A stretch of DNA of 60,000 nt from Amphiscolops sp. MND2022 (Eukaryota): the NCBI GenBank assembly GCA_964187785.1, contig OZ076409.1, positions 32,490,001 through 32,550,000 of the forward strand. The letters run 5' to 3'. The position numbers and the translations under genes are program-made. This document shows, one piece after another, positions 26,691 through 40,755 of this stretch (position 1 is its first letter; each line of letters starts with the position of its first letter). The notes under the pieces were generated by a model. That model was not told where the DNA came from and made no database searches. It saw only the letters and a list, made by a program, of their open reading frames with translations.

Positions 26691-26919
26691 AAATAATAAT
26701 TTACGTCTCAACCCAAATCCTAACTACTCAGAAGAAATTAGGTTTCAAATCGTTAATTTTTCGATTCAACAAACACACATCAGCATAATACTGTGCAAAA
26801 AACGTAACGAACTGAATACAAAAACAAAAAATGGTAGAAAAAGAAAAGAAGTGCCAGTATGAAACAAGAGTACAATCTATATAATAAATGTACAAATAGT
26901 ACATCTAAGGATTATCAGT

Positions 26920-29900
26920 GCCGCCACCAGGCATTGGACCCCCTCAGGCAATCCAGACTACGCAGCCCCAGACAAACCACTTCCCCAGCTGCGTTTCGAT
27001 TTTTGAGGCTTCATTGTTTTAGGGGTCACTCACGCTAGAATCGGTGGATGACGGTACTACTTAATGAACTTTTCGTTCATGCTATGATTTCCCTGATTTC
27101 GACTAGCTACTTTCCTTCTAGGCCAACTTCTGATTACGTCTGGCCACCAATCAAGTCCTAGCTCGCGAACAGTTAAATCAAATGTCATTTGTAGCTTGCG
27201 AGCTACATCCGAGACTGTTCTTGCTCTCAGCTTCTAAAATCATCCATCATAGGTTTCCGTGTGTGCTCGGATTTCGTCAAATGTTTCAGTGGTTGTGTGC
27301 GATAATGTACTTCATACCGATTGAAAGCTTCGATTTCCCAGTGTCTTCCGAAGGGGGATTGTTTTACCTCACGGAGGTTCCAGCACTTTGTCAGGTGGGC
27401 TTTTGTCTCTGTTGAGTGTACTTTTATTGGGGATTTTGCGTCATTTGGAAGCGTACGCTCCATCCTGTTATTTAGGAGCTTCACAATCATCCGGGAAGGT
27501 TCAGGAAGCTTGCGTTTCATTTCGTGATCTCAAATTAGTAGCGGCATACGCGTGCAATGGTCGAAGTGGGTCACACACTGCAAGGTTCCGGAAATTATCG
27601 CTTTATAGGCCATGTATAAGATCCAGTTCACTCGCATACTGCGCAGACAGCGCAGACAGCAAAGTCTATTTCCGGCATCGGCAAATCGCGGACATCAGGT
27701 ACACCAAACCGTTGCAGTACCGTGTGCCACGGGGTCTTTTTTTAGTCATTCCGTCGTTTTATATAAACCTTTTCCATGGCTTTCGTCGTGGTTATTGCAG
27801 CATTGAGGACTTCGGCCTTGACTTCGGGCGTTGGTTCTTGCGTTTTGCAATCCCCGTTCTTTACAGCAGAATGTTGTCACAGGCCATGTGACCAAACACA
27901 TTACCTTTTATCACGCGGCGAGTTGCAGGCTCTTTGTGAGTGCATCTCGTTTCTGGCAGAAACATGGCGACTACCACCTCTGCCGTTTCTAGGTAACCTG
28001 GGCAACAGTAGCTTTATGACCATCATACTCGAAGACATTGTCATTTGCGAAGTTCTTGGTGAAGGTTTAGTCGATGAAGATGACGTAGCGCGTACGGTGA
28101 AACCTATATTTAGGCATGCGAAGCTGGGTCTCGAGATCTTGTGCATACTTTTTGTTCACTGCAAAAGGTTCTTCTGGTTCCAGCTTGAACCGTGCATAGA
28201 CTGTCTCAGAGATCGTGTAACTGAGCGTGTAAATAGTCGTCATTCACGCAGGTTAATAGGAAAGCCACACAGGCTGGCATTGAGGGTAACTGTTTGGTCT
28301 TAATGGCCTGCTTCCGAAGACCAACACTGCTGCCTATTTCATGTTCGCGTACTCTTCGTCGCTTGCGTAAAACTGTTGCTTTCCAAATTGCCAATCATGA
28401 GATTTTGTCACTGCAACTTCCCTGATACTTCTCGCAAATTTGGTTACTAGTGTCCCTTTGGTGTCCTAGAAGGGAGGCAGATAATGAATCTGTTTCATGA
28501 GTGTCTTTCTTCCTGGCGACTGGATTAGTTGTTTTCTCAATGGCGTACCAGTGGGCCCGGAAGTGGTGAACTTCGGTGTTTCTTTAGGACCTTTTCTAGG
28601 ATTTTTTGTGGTTGGGGAACCCCTTCATAGCACACGGTGACTTTTGGCGACTTCGCGATCGACGGCAGATGCACGGATACTTCCGACACTACCAATTTCG
28701 TATTATCCACTTTGTAGATTGGTCATCTTGAGTCGTTGGTTGCTGGCTAGTGGATTGCCGCCGTTGAGCTGTGGGTTGCTGCTTTTTGTCAGGGGGCAGC
28801 TTAATAGACCGACTTTTGCTGGCTGTGAGCTGCCCGCGGCTTGTTAACTGCCAGAAGGACAGCGGTCATTTCTGTTGTCTGACTGAGGTCTACGCTCTCC
28901 TTCCCCCCTCTGGGATGAAACTGTAGTGTAGAGAGATTTACGGTGATCTGAAGCTTGGTAGGCCACGTTGTTGTTCAGGCGGGTTCACGTTTGCATTGCC
29001 AACGCGCGAAAACCAAGCCACTGGTGCATCACGGCCTGCATGAACTTGTTATAGTCTGGATTGGAGATGACTGCTTGCAGGGTGGACATGACTTCTTGTT
29101 CAAAATTTGGGCGGCTAGATATGTCCCAGATGGGAGGCAAGATAAGAAGTGTGCGAGAACCCGTGGGCTCCGCGACACTTTGTTGGTTTTGATGGGTCAT
29201 GCTGGACATTGCGTCGTCTTTAATCGATACTGGAGAAACGGAAGTGAAGGGTTCGTGACCTTACCATACACCATTTTGAAATGTCATTGATGGCTGGAAA
29301 CCAGGAAACGAAGACGTAAGTGTAACCGTCAAAATTGCGATCAGTAACTGGGACTCCGTTTGTGCTCTGACGGCAGCGATTCCCGTAACGGTCGACAGCG
29401 AGATGCAGATGCTTAGTTGGTTCTCATTGAGTGCTGTGTTGGAGATACGTTGCACGCTTGCAGTATCAAATATTCATGGGTCCACTGGATGGAGTATTGG
29501 TGGTATTTCTAGCAACCAACAACGAATTCAAAACTCTCTCAACACGTTCACTAGATAGTCTCAAAGTAATCCGCATCAGAAACCGGAAATGGCTTTAGAT
29601 GCAATATGAGTTAGAAAAATTGTACTGACTGGCGATAAGGCATAGCTCAAGTGTCTTAACGAATAAATTAAGGCTGCAAGGGAAACTAGCACAACGTTGC
29701 GAGGAGCGCGTTTTTATGAGGTGCGTAAGCTGCTGGATACCATTAAACATTAACGGTAGAAGTGTTAAAATAGCACCCAATTCGGACCGTAAACGGAAAA
29801 AATCTTTGTCTGTGCCGTGCTTACGGAATACATAACGTTATGCTGCTGAGTTTGTTCATATGTTGTGGTCAAGGAACTGGTCCCAGCCTTGCATACGTCT

Positions 29901-32900
29901 GGAGCAAAAGACGCCCAGTAAGGTTAGTAGACTTTGGGTTTGCAATTCAACTAAATCTCAGGCTTGCGTGCGAGGATGACCAGCCGTCGACGTTGCCTTA
30001 GTCGGTTCGACGCTTTCATAAACTCTGTAGAAACCTGGATTGTATTGGGAACATTGTTCGAGTAAATGGGGTGCCGTGCCGAGAGACCCATTTCTAGGAA
30101 CAAACTGTCGAAGTTGTTGCAGTGTCGGTTTTCATCATGACTGCAGGGGACTGCTTCAGCGAATTTGGAAAAACGCTTTATAATTACAAGAATACCATTG
30201 TTCCGGTTGTCAGAGGGTCGGATTTTCAGGTACTCATCTTGAACCTGTTCTTTGAATTATCCATTGATTTTTTTTAAGGTGGAACCGCACATCACCTCGT
30301 TTGTTACAAATATGCTACGTCTTAAGATTTTGTAAGATTTTGACTGACTTACTGACAAGTGCTTTTTCAATTACATGGCCGTGTGTGCCGATCTTCCTTC
30401 CTCGCGCGGAGCCTAACAAAACCTTGATGCCCGATAGAAGCTTTGAACAGTATTTCTTCTTGGTACATCTGCGTCATCACCATCATGCAAGGGCGCTCGT
30501 GCAGAGGCCATTGACTCATAGGGTACTTGACACACAATATCCAGTTGGCGCACATCAGTAGTAAATCCTTTTTGTTTGCCAAGGTGGAAAATTTGTTTGC
30601 CAAGGTTTCCAGTGGAAAATTTTTTTGCGAAAAGGCGTACACTTGTCGGAAAAATCTCATTGTTGATGGATTACTTGACAGTTTTGGGCTAGTAACAAAG
30701 CTTCGATGCCCTGGACGGTATTGGCATTGTTATAAGTCTTTTGTTCTACATGTTTTGGGGTTGCTTCTAAAGCTTGCGTTTCCTGACCACTGAGGGCGTA
30801 AGGAGTTCTGGAGGAGACATTCGCCTGATGTGATTGTAACAAAGAGCAATGTCTACATTCTTCAGTAACTAGAATCCAGTCTTCCGGGTTACAAACATCT
30901 GTACTGTAAAATACGGTGTCGGTAAGGGCTGCAAGGGAGCCGTAGGACTGTGCTCGATCCAAAAGTGATTTTTTTCCAGGCTCGATATTCAACGTCCAAT
31001 AATAGCCTGGTCCGTTGAATAAGTCTTCAGCCATGATAGAGCTTGGAAGTCCACCCTCAAAAAACCTTGCGCGGACACAAGTAAGTATTATTTTCAAGAT
31101 AAAAAGGAAGGCAGCAAACGTTTCATTTTTCGGGGCACCATATTTGGCTTGCGTGGACGTCAATTTATTGCTACCAAATACCATGCGTCGCAATTTGCAA
31201 TTTTCAGGAGGACCTTGCCATTGGTGGAGGATACTCGATATGCCCACAGCACTTGTGTCCATGTACAGTACGAACTTCCCTTCAGGCGCTGGTTGAGCGA
31301 AGGCTGTAGCCTCAATTAGTGCAACATTGATGCTGTTGAAAGCTTGCTGCTGCTCTTCACCCCACCAAAAGATTTGTTGCATGTAGAGGGACATGTCTGG
31401 TCTCTTCGCCTGACACAATTCTTCGCAGATACTTGATCTCTGACTTCATGAGCAAAAGTGAAAACTGGGGTATATCGTTGTCTTACCAACGTTTTAAGGG
31501 CTTTCGTCAATAAATCGTAGTGGATAAAGGTGTTTGATAGTCACCTCGTTGAGTGGGCGAAGGTAGTCACAACAAAATTGTAACTCCCAATTCTTTTTTC
31601 TTTAACATCACAATACCACTTGCCCAAAGAGATAAGGAAGCATGGATGAATCCCAAAGCAAGCAGGATGCCTACTTCTTGATTGGCAAGTTCTGCGTCTT
31701 CAGGTGACATCCGACGTGCATCTTTTCGGTCTGATGTAGGCTCTAACTCCAACGGATGTTTAGCAATGTTACACTTGCCGATGTCGCCGTGTGTTTCAGG
31801 ACAAGATCATCGATTCCAGACAAATATTTATCGATGGTGAACGGCGCTGTTGACGCCCATAAGATTTGCACTCCGCCTAGTTGCACTTCAAGCCCAGTAG
31901 TTTCCGATCAATGAGTTTTTTAACACTTTTTTTCCTCTTCCAACAAACCGTCTTCCGTCGATGACTAAAACCCGAACTTTACAAACAAATGGGACTTTGT
32001 TTCTTGGCTCAGTTTTTGCTCATTAGCAATTTGAGTATTGGTTTCTTGAGCTAAGACCACTGGTACAGCTGTTCCCAAAAATTTGCCTTAGTTCATTCTT
32101 TGGACATTACTAGTTCGTTTGCCTACGCTGACGTGCAGAACCCTGTTTATCCAACAGTAGGCACGCTGTCCGCTAAAATTAGCGAGGTTTTTGGGACTAT
32201 GTCAGGAGTTGCAAAGTTTATCAATACATTTCTAAAAGCAAAGGTTTTGAAGTAGCTGGTGAGCAATTTTTCTCGGAATAGTGCGTTCAAAAGGTTGCAA
32301 AACTATGTCCTGTGCTATTGGTACCGACGCGTTTAACGTTTCGCTACTTACTTGCGTGTGCACATGGTACCATGCTTGCCTAGAGCGTGCCCTCACGGTG
32401 ACTTTCATTAAAGGCTGTAAAGTCAACCACAACTTGACAGGTGCTTAGCTTTTCGCTAGCCCAAAAGTTTGGATTGTTTTTGTTCTTTGGCTGCGTAGAA
32501 ATCAACACCGTAGGGTCGGAATATCGCACTCGTCTGCACGACGAATTGTTGTAGGAGAAAAAATATTGAAATGGATACTCCTGAACCATTGTCAATGGGG
32601 CCTTTCAAGAGCAAAGCTGCGATGTAAGAAAACGACACCACGAGTGACGCACGCTCATGGGTTTGTTGTTGTTTGTAAATGCTGCCACTACGTAGTTCCT
32701 GGGTTCCCAGAGGAAAGGCGCCAGTGATAACAGTACCCTTGAATATCATGTCATTACCATCAATTTTTACTCGGACAGGAACAGAGAAAGACGCATAGTA
32801 CGTTGAGGTAACTCCCTTTACCTGGCTTTCCGCGGGTTGTGGCAAAGTTAGTTGTTGATTTTTGGTTTTGTTGGAGTTTTCGTCACCTGAAAAATCAAAT

Positions 32901-35010
32901 ATTCCAGTGTGAGTTCATCCTCCTTTGCTGTCGGTCAGGCCAACTTAATAGATCCAGCAATTTTCCGGAAGGGTCGAGAGTGGTTGGTTTTGGGCTAGTT
33001 TGCATCTGGATATTCTCACAGGTTACTACTAGGGTGGTAGCTAAAAGAACGGTTTTAGAAGGTCGCAGTATTAGCACTATCTCATCATCACTGATAACTT
33101 GAGGTGAGAGTAATTGTTCAGCCCATAAGCTGTAGGCCAAATCATCGTGCACTGCCATATTCTGAAACTGAGATGCAGCATTTCACATTTGACACAAATA
33201 CAGGGCTTGTACTTTCTGCAGCCAAGGTTTCTTCACATGGGTTAACTTGATCATCCGATGCAGCCGCTTGGGTTGAAGCAGCTGGTTTACGATCTTTGTG
33301 TCGCGTGAAGCATTCACGGACAAAGTGACCTGATTGCCCACAATTAAAGCATGCTCCTGGGGGCCCTCATGCGTTGCATTGGTGCTGGTACTTGATTGAC
33401 GGAGGGTGCACCAGGCTGTGATGCCATAGTTCCTGTACTGGTAGGTACGACACCTTGTATGTCGTTGAAGGTGGCTCGTCGTGAAGCTCAGTGATAACGT
33501 TTTAGGGGGTTCCGTCATATAGCTTTCAGTCGCGTTATCTACAGCTAGCTACTGTATCAAGGTCATGAATCGTTGGAGGATCTCGTAACATCGTGTAGAG
33601 GTTGGCTCTTCAGAGAACCTTCTGATGCATCCATCCACCGCATCCATCCAGTTATCGTTTCTGTTCAATGGATGACATGAAGATTTGTGGCATTTGCATG
33701 CGTTCCAAGTCGACTAGCCAATAACGTAAACACTCTGTCGCGGTCATCTCGCTCAGGTTCAGACTAGACTTGTTAATGATGAAGTTCCTGGCTTCTTCTT
33801 CCAAGTGATAGGTTCTCACCCATGACGTATCTATTTTGGCTGATTTTACATGCATGTACTCTACTGTCCTTGTGCAGCGTTGGTCTCGTACGGGCGTGAT
33901 CTCGTCATGCTAATAATGGTGCTGCTCCTGGGACATTGCCCTGGATATAAGAGTTGTGAACCGGCGTTAGTCGAGTGATTCTATCTGTTCCTCAACAGCA
34001 AGGGGTAGCGCTACGGCCCCTTGTGGACTTGACAGGGTCATTGGTAGCTTGTAAGGCAGCTGCCTCCTTCTTTCTCGTGCTGCTACCACAAGGGCTGCCC
34101 GTTGGCGAGCCCTTGTCGGCAGCTTGGAAGGATGACGTTGCTTCGCTTAAGGGCGGCGCGTTTGCAGACAAGAAAGTGGTGGTCGTCTCAATCGTGGCAT
34201 CATCATAGGTATGGTTTCGCAGGTCTGGTTTTCCCATGCTGGTCGTTTTAATGGTTTTTGGATCAACCCCTGTGTCCTTCGTGACCGATGTGGGTGGTAC
34301 GTTTACTTTGGCAAAAGGTGAGATACGCACACTTCACTGGTTGCTTGTTTGGACTGACGTTTGCGTTGAGCCGGTTTGAGTGGGTGTTGAACTTTCCTTC
34401 GATTTAGGGGTTAGGGTTAGGGTTAGGTCTAGGAGCCTTGCTCCAGTGACTCCTCAGTATCCTTTAATAGTTCATGCTCGGCACCTCGCAAAGGTTCAGC
34501 GCAAGGACAAGCCTTTTGCAGAGCGGTACTAAGAGCTTGAATCTGGGAGCACATCTCTAACATCTGCGCCTTCCATACGAAGATCTCGTTGAGTTAGAAG
34601 GTCTTTCATTTCAGCTATTCGATAGCCCATAGCATCCCTTCCTATCAGATAGGCTTCTTGACCCTGCATATGGCGTTCAATTGACATCCACACTTCGTTT
34701 CAATCAGCTTCAATTTGTCCGGTGATGGCTTGGTGCTCTCGGCTGCTTTCAGCCGTGCTTTAAGCTAGCTGCTAAGCAGCTTGTTTAGCTTTCATATGCT
34801 ACTACAATGGTGTTTTGCGTGTAACAACAGCTTCATGTACTGCTCGATATGCCCAAGTTCGCTTGAAGTTGCTCTCGACTCAGCTGAGGTTGAATTTTAG
34901 GCCCAGTAGTTAATTTGTGAGCCTGCAGGTGGCTTTACTTGTCTGCCCTTACCCGATTCTCCTAGGTGGTTATGAGAATAATTCATTCGACCAACGTCAG
35001 ATGTTTGTTG
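26920..35010 (-). mobile_element. Decayed Gypsy/Ty3 LTR retrotransposon with a long 3' accessory region
   Basis: Gag-like region 33000-34800. Protease LKGPIDNGSGVSI (ORF 32456-32845). RT N-terminus RRMSPE...SLWASGIVMLKKK, RPLNEVTIK..YPL, with the RT core deleted. RNase H WGEEQQQAF...FVLYMDTSAVGISSILHQ...QAKYGAPK.E. Integrase GILVII..FSKFAEAVP (~30150-30200). LTRs not resolved. Confidence 0.82.
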
Positions 35011-37676
35011 CAGTACACGTGCCGTGTCGTTTCTATTCTTATTCCCTTAAGAAGAGAGGTGCTACCAAGCTTCCCAATGACTCAAGCTATTGATCAAGGA
35101 ATTTCAAATTTTTAGCGACTTTCGACAAACTGAACCTTTCAACAGGTTTTGGAAAAATTGAAATTTTTTCAAGCGTATGAAGAGTAACGAAAATTACGCG
35201 GCGTGTTTATTCTGAATTGTGAGGCCGGGAAATGTTCGTTTGAGGTCAATAGGACAGCAGCGTGACTCACCAGTGGATCATCAGCAATTTTTTGCCTTTT
35301 TCCAACTTTTTTAAAAAACACCCAATGAGCAAAAACTTCGGGAACGGATGAAACTGGATAACGCGCTCCCTCATAAAGTGGACTGTACAAAAAAAGATTA
35401 AAAAGTTAGGTAGTGTGCCATATAAACTTTCGGTTCGATTCAGGCTTGTTGTGCCCTTAGGTACTGCTGCGTGAAGCTAGCAAGCTTACGTTTTCGTTTT
35501 TAAGTTTGGCATTGGATAACAGTTAATGGAGTGTTAAGCAAAATGATCCTGCTTTTCGATTACGGTTTCGAACATCTTCACGAAGATGTCAAACATTTGT
35601 ACCTTTCGACAGTGTTCCAGGAAAGATATTTTAGCCGATTGGACATACCGATTGGAACAGAATTCAATGCTTGCCATGAGAATGCTAGTCCAAATGTTCA
35701 AAAGAAGCTAGGGAGCTTTCCTGGGTTTTCGGAATAACACTGATAAAACTATTACGCAAAAATCAGGTTTTTCGTTGATTTTTCGCAATTTTAGTCTCGT
35801 TGGTCCAATACGTGCGTCGGCTGACTGCATAGTTGCGATGCGTTGCTCTTTATATGGTGACGCTGGGATGAGTCCTTAGTCATTCGTTCCCGTTAAATTA
35901 AAAGGCACTATCAGTTCATGAAAAGTGGAAAACTTTGCTACTTTGGATCTTTATTCAGTTCGAAACGTCAACGAGCTTGCTGAAACTTCGACAACCGCTG
36001 GGCCAAACAAACGCTCTGGCCAAGCGTTTTATTTGGCGAAGATCATGAAACGGTAACAGTTTTTGTAGGTTTCGATTCAAGGTTGTCAGTGCATTTCCAG
36101 TTTTCTCAGTTTTCTCAACACTGAAAAGGATTTTTTTGATGCAGTTTTCACAGTTGAACGTGAAGTTCACCTAGTTTCCACCAATAGCAGCCCTGACTCT
36201 TACTCATTGGAAACAGTAAACAGCTTGTTTTTTAACTTTCCAGGACACCCAGTAACAACTCTACAATCAAAGTTGCTCTCGACTCAGCTGAGGTTGAATT
36301 TTAGGCCCAGTAGTTAATTTGTGAGCCTGCAGGTGGCTTTACTTGTCTGCCCTTACCCGATTCTCCTAGGTGGTTATGAGAATAATTCATTCGACCAACG
36401 TCAGATGTTTGTTGCAGTACACGTGCCGTGTCGTTTCTATTCTTATTCCCTTAAGAAGAGAGGTGCTACCAAGCTTCCCAATGACTCAAGCTATTGATCA
36501 AGGAATTTCAAATTTTTAGCGACTTTCGACAAACTGAACCTTTCAACAGGTTTTGGAAAAATTGAAATTTTTTCAAGCGTATGAAGCGTAACGAAAATTA
36601 CGCGGCGTGTTTATTCTGAATTGTGAGGCCGGGAAATGTTCGTTTGAGGTCAATAGGACAGCAGCGTGACTCACCAGTGGATCATCAGCAATTTTTTGCC
36701 TTTTTCCAACTTTTTTAAAAAACACCCAATGAGCAAAAACTTCGGGAACGGATGAAACTGGATAACGCGCTCCCTCATAAAGTGGACTGTACAAAAAAAG
36801 ATTAAAAAGTTAGGTAGTGTGCCATATAAACTTTCGGTTCGATTCAGGCTTGTTGTGCCCTTAGGTTTTGCTGCGTGAAGCTAGCAAGCTTACGTTTTCG
36901 TTTTTAAATTGGCATTGGATAACAGTTAATGGAGTGTTAAGCAAAATGATCCTGCTTTTCGATTACGGTTTCGAACATCTTCACGAAGATGTCAAACATT
37001 TGTACCTTTCGACAGTGTTCCAGGAAAGATATTTTAGCCGATTGGACATACCGATTGAAACAGAATTCAATGCTTGCCATGAGAATGCTAGTCCAAATGT
37101 TCAAAAGAAGCTAGGGAGCTTTCCTGGGTTTTCGGAATAACACTGATAAAACTATTACGCAAAAATCAGGTTTTTCGTTGATTTTTCGCAATTTTAGTCT
37201 CGTTGGTCCAATACGTGCGTCGGCTGACTGCATAGTTGCGATGCGTTGCTCTTTATATGGTGACGTTGGGATGAGTCCTTAGTCATTCGTTCCCGTTAAA
37301 TAAAAGGCACTATCAGTTCATGAAAAGTGGAAAACTTTGCTACTTTGGATCTTTATTCAGTTCGAAACGTCAACGAGCTTGCTGAAACTTCGACAACCGC
37401 TGGGCCAAACAAACGCTTTGGCCAAGCGTTTTATTTGGCGAAGATCATGAAACGGTAACAGTTTTTATAGGTTTCGATTCAAGGTTGTCAGTGCATTTCC
37501 AGTTTTCTCAGTTTTCTCAACACTGAAAAGGATTTTTTTGATGCAGTTTTCACAGTTGAACGTGAAGTTCACCTAGTTTCCACCAATAGCAGCCCTGACT
37601 CTTACTCATTGGAAACAGTAAACAGCTTGTTTTTTAACTTTCCAGGACACCCAGTAACAACTCTACAATCAAAGTT
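34866..37676. repeat. Near-identical ~1.40-kb tandem duplication
   Basis: AAGTTGCTCTCGACTCAGCTGAGG at 34866 and 36270; copy 2 ends CTACAATCAAAGTT (37676). About ten differences seen by eye. Confidence 0.97.
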
Positions 37677-39450
37677 TCTCTTTTTGCTGTGCATCAGTAA
37701 ATTTTGGTGAAAGCAGGTTTTTTCTTCAAGAAATACATTTTGCAAAATGCTCAATCGGCAACGTTGGGTACCATAGCTTTGGTTGAGAAATTGCTTGGGA
37801 TGCGGAGCTATGTTTGTTTAGTTCATGCAGAGTTCGTGGCTTGTGCCAAGTGCGCTCACGCACTTGTAGGTGTTGCCCCTCAAAAACAGTCAAAAAAGAC
37901 TCTTTTTGCTTACAATACATAGAAAAACTCCTTTTTTCACTCAAAACAGATGCAAACTATCGCAATGAAAAAGCAATAAAAAAATGTTTTGCACCTAGCT
38001 CGTATTTTGTATAGAACTTTAATTGAGTCGCACGTACTTCCCATCATTTCTTCTCATTCAGCTGACAACGGACAAACGGTTTGGACCATTAAGAACGTCA
38101 GCACTTGTGCTACAAGGCCACCAGAGATCTTTCCTTCAGGACGTCTCCAGTGTAAAAAGGAAGGGTGAGTCATGAACACTCGCTTTGACATGTTGTACAT
38201 CATGTCCGAGCAAGGTTCATCCCGTCCTCAACAATCGCTTGAATGGCCAAAAAAAACTGGAAAAGTCTATAAAAATCCTGTTAACACTCACTGCGGCCCA
38301 ATGATGACACGCTAGACGCCCAATAACGAGTGACCCGTTGAAAGGATCAAAAAAACTTTCGCAAGTGTCTGTTAAAGAAAATATCGCTGATCAACTTTTA
38401 TGAAATACTTTCTAGGGAATATTGTTGGACTCCAGGCAAAGAACTTTTAATGACTTGCCTACGGGATAAAAATGATGAGAAAATTCTGGGTTTTCTTCTC
38501 CTGCCAGAGTTGAGTAGATCGCCGCGTCAACCATCAATGAGTCGGCTCTTTTAAACCCATTAAGGGAAGTTCTCCGAGGCGATTCCTCTGTGGTCCCCAA
38601 AAAGAGATGTTTCTATGTACCGGAAAGTAATCGCCATCGCTGCTCTGTCCGTGAAAAATGGAGGATCCGGTGACATGTGTATTTGCTCGGGATGGGCGTC
38701 CATACCCACAAGTCCATTTTGCCTCCTGAGGTAAACACAAGTCCCGTCAGGAGGAAGTCCCGCCTCCAAGCACTTGTCGACATATTCCAGTCTGCAAAAT
38801 GCTGCCAGTGACGTAAAAATGCTTGTCCTCTTCAAAATAACCGTCTAGACAGTCTTTAAAAAAGATTACGGTGCCAAAGGTAACATCTGCCAAATGACAC
38901 AGCGAACTAAGAGCTCACGAGCTAATGCAGTGCGGAAACACGATAAATCACAGCAATATTGACATTTTACGGCACGTAGTACGGAACCACAAGCATCGTA
39001 TACTATTTTTTGACCCATTTTGTAGGCCAGAACGGTTTAAACTTTCAATAGAAACTGAACTCGGGGCCCAGAAGGTTTTTTGGAAGAAGTGTTGTTCTTG
39101 AAGTAAGTGTTTCCTTTTAAAATGGGATGACTTTAATCTAAAAATGTCAAACCTCTTTCTCAAGCTTATATCCGCTTTCATAGTGCATTGGCTACTCTTG
39201 AGCCACAAAATTATTTCGTTGCTACGACACTGGACGAGAAAGATCCTACTGGTAGGCGGACCGCTTGTTTCTAATCCTAGTCAATAAGTACTTTTTGGAC
39301 GCCACAATGCACATTGCAGTTTCTGCCTTATAACTTCAGCAGAATTCAGCAAACTTTGTATTGAGAAAATGCTGTCTCAACTCATAGATGGTCAGAAGTT
39401 ATTACTGTTGAAGTGTTACCATTCCTTCGGATGCACTGAGACAACAAAAT
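35169..39450 (-). pseudogene. Long decayed reading frame of unknown family
   Basis: A chain of protein-like minus-strand segments joined by stops and frameshifts, e.g. SLAAFCRLEYVDKCLEAGLPPDGTC, MVDAAIYSTLAGEENPEFSHHFYPVG and FLEHCRKVQMFDIFVKMFETVIEK. The 3' part lies within the tandem duplication. Confidence 0.35.
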
Positions 39451-39865
39451 TCATAAACTTGTGTCAGAATCCCGCAGTCCGACAAATGATATTTTCTCAA
39501 TTGGATACGTTTGAGCTATTTTCGTTGCAGTAAACTTTCACTTTCCATTCATATTTCCATATGAGAAAACAAAACTACTGCTGTAGCGTTCTACGATAAC
39601 ACAATTCAATTGCGCAAAATGCAAATTCAACTCGAGATATCTTGAACTTTGCTATGGAGGCGAAACATTGCCAGGTGCGAAGTTTTCATCAAACATTTTG
39701 TACTTTTCAAATATCATTTCAAACTTGTTGAAGTCGTTGAAATGAGTCTTTTTTTAAGTTTAAAAATGCAAAAAAACTAACAATTTAGTTCATCGATTGA
39801 ACACGAAACGACTTGTAAGCACAATGCACCAATGTTTACATAATTTAAACTTTGATTGATCAGAA

Positions 39866-40415
39866 CCCTGGTTGGAACTGCTTGAACTTTTTACATGTTT
39901 TTGTAGGTTACCAAGCTAATTTTCCATGATTTTATAAAATTCTCAATGAAATGTCCATGCATTAAATCTTCACTGATTCGATTTAATTTTATCAAGCTGC
40001 CTATAAAATGCATCTTAAATTTGGCGGCAATTCTACGCCGCGACGTTTTGCAGGTTTCATAAAGACGCCGTTCTAATTTTGAAAGCACCTGAGACCTTAA
40101 TCAATTTTACGGCGCTTTCAATGCAAACAAATTTCAGTCACATTATAAGTTTCAAAGTAGCGTCATATTCAGCGTGCTATTTGGTTGACGGTGATTACAT
40201 AAGGTACTTACATGAGAAACTTACGCGTGAAAACAAACTGATCACTGCGGCGAAGAAGTGGAATTGTTTTCAGTTTTAATTCAAATAGTGAAGGCTGCAT
40301 TGTAATCCTACAAAATGTTTTCATGCACGGTCCCGAAATTTTCCATAGTTTATAAAAAAATTAGCCTGCATGTTTTCATGAAGCATGTAAAAAGTTCAAG
40401 CAATCTCGACTAGGG
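39866..40415. mobile_element. MITE family 1 (CCC...GGG ends, 2-bp TSD; CACTA/EnSpm-like)
   Basis: ~32-bp imperfect TIRs CCCTGGTTGGAACTGCTTGAACTTTTTACATG / CATGTAAAAAGTTCAAGCAATCTCGACTAGGG, AA on both flanks, 550 bp. Confidence 0.85.
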
Positions 40416-40755
40416 AAAGGTTTGTTTTCCCCAGAAGAGGCAAAAAAACTTGTCTCAGTGGCCTCAACTTCTTCAATTTATGATTGACTCAATCGAGACA
40501 GCTGGATAGAGTCTCACGTCTTGAGATGTGAAAATCCCGAAAAAACGCAAAATTTAGAATAAAGCATACCTCTAGCAAAATTTATTATTTTTTCAAAAGT
40601 TTCGGAAAGGAAACATATTTCCAATTATTTCTATTATAGATGCACCTGAAATTGCGGTGTCCATTCAACTAAGCATACATTACAATTTCGATGAGTTAAA
40701 CCGAAGCGCATCAGTTCAAGCTAGAAAAATAAATGAGGTTGAATTATCAACTGAC

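Larger units (their letters stand above)
21780..26760 (+). mobile_element. Decayed Gypsy/Ty3 LTR retrotransposon
   Basis: Gag remnants AQAMIDKFL.AKLP and TYDEIVTHLERELE. RNase H LLTDPISTAAGYAVLIQDD...PVIIFTDKSVTRCFQTK...FNFTIAHIPDKNN..DYLSRL. Integrase HGRANKHPGIAK and FHGRLPYNILL. C-terminal NLRLNPNPNYSEE (~26700-26740). RT is largely deleted. Confidence 0.85.

Noticed and set aside
27388..28303. Plus-strand ORFs of 167 and 175 aa
   Set aside because: Antisense shadows of the minus-strand retroelement accessory region, with non-ATG starts and no motifs.
34404..34427. TTAGGG telomere-like repeats (~4 units)
   Set aside because: Very short and inside the gag-like region, where the minus strand would encode Pro-Asn repeats. 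No evidence of a healed break or fusion.
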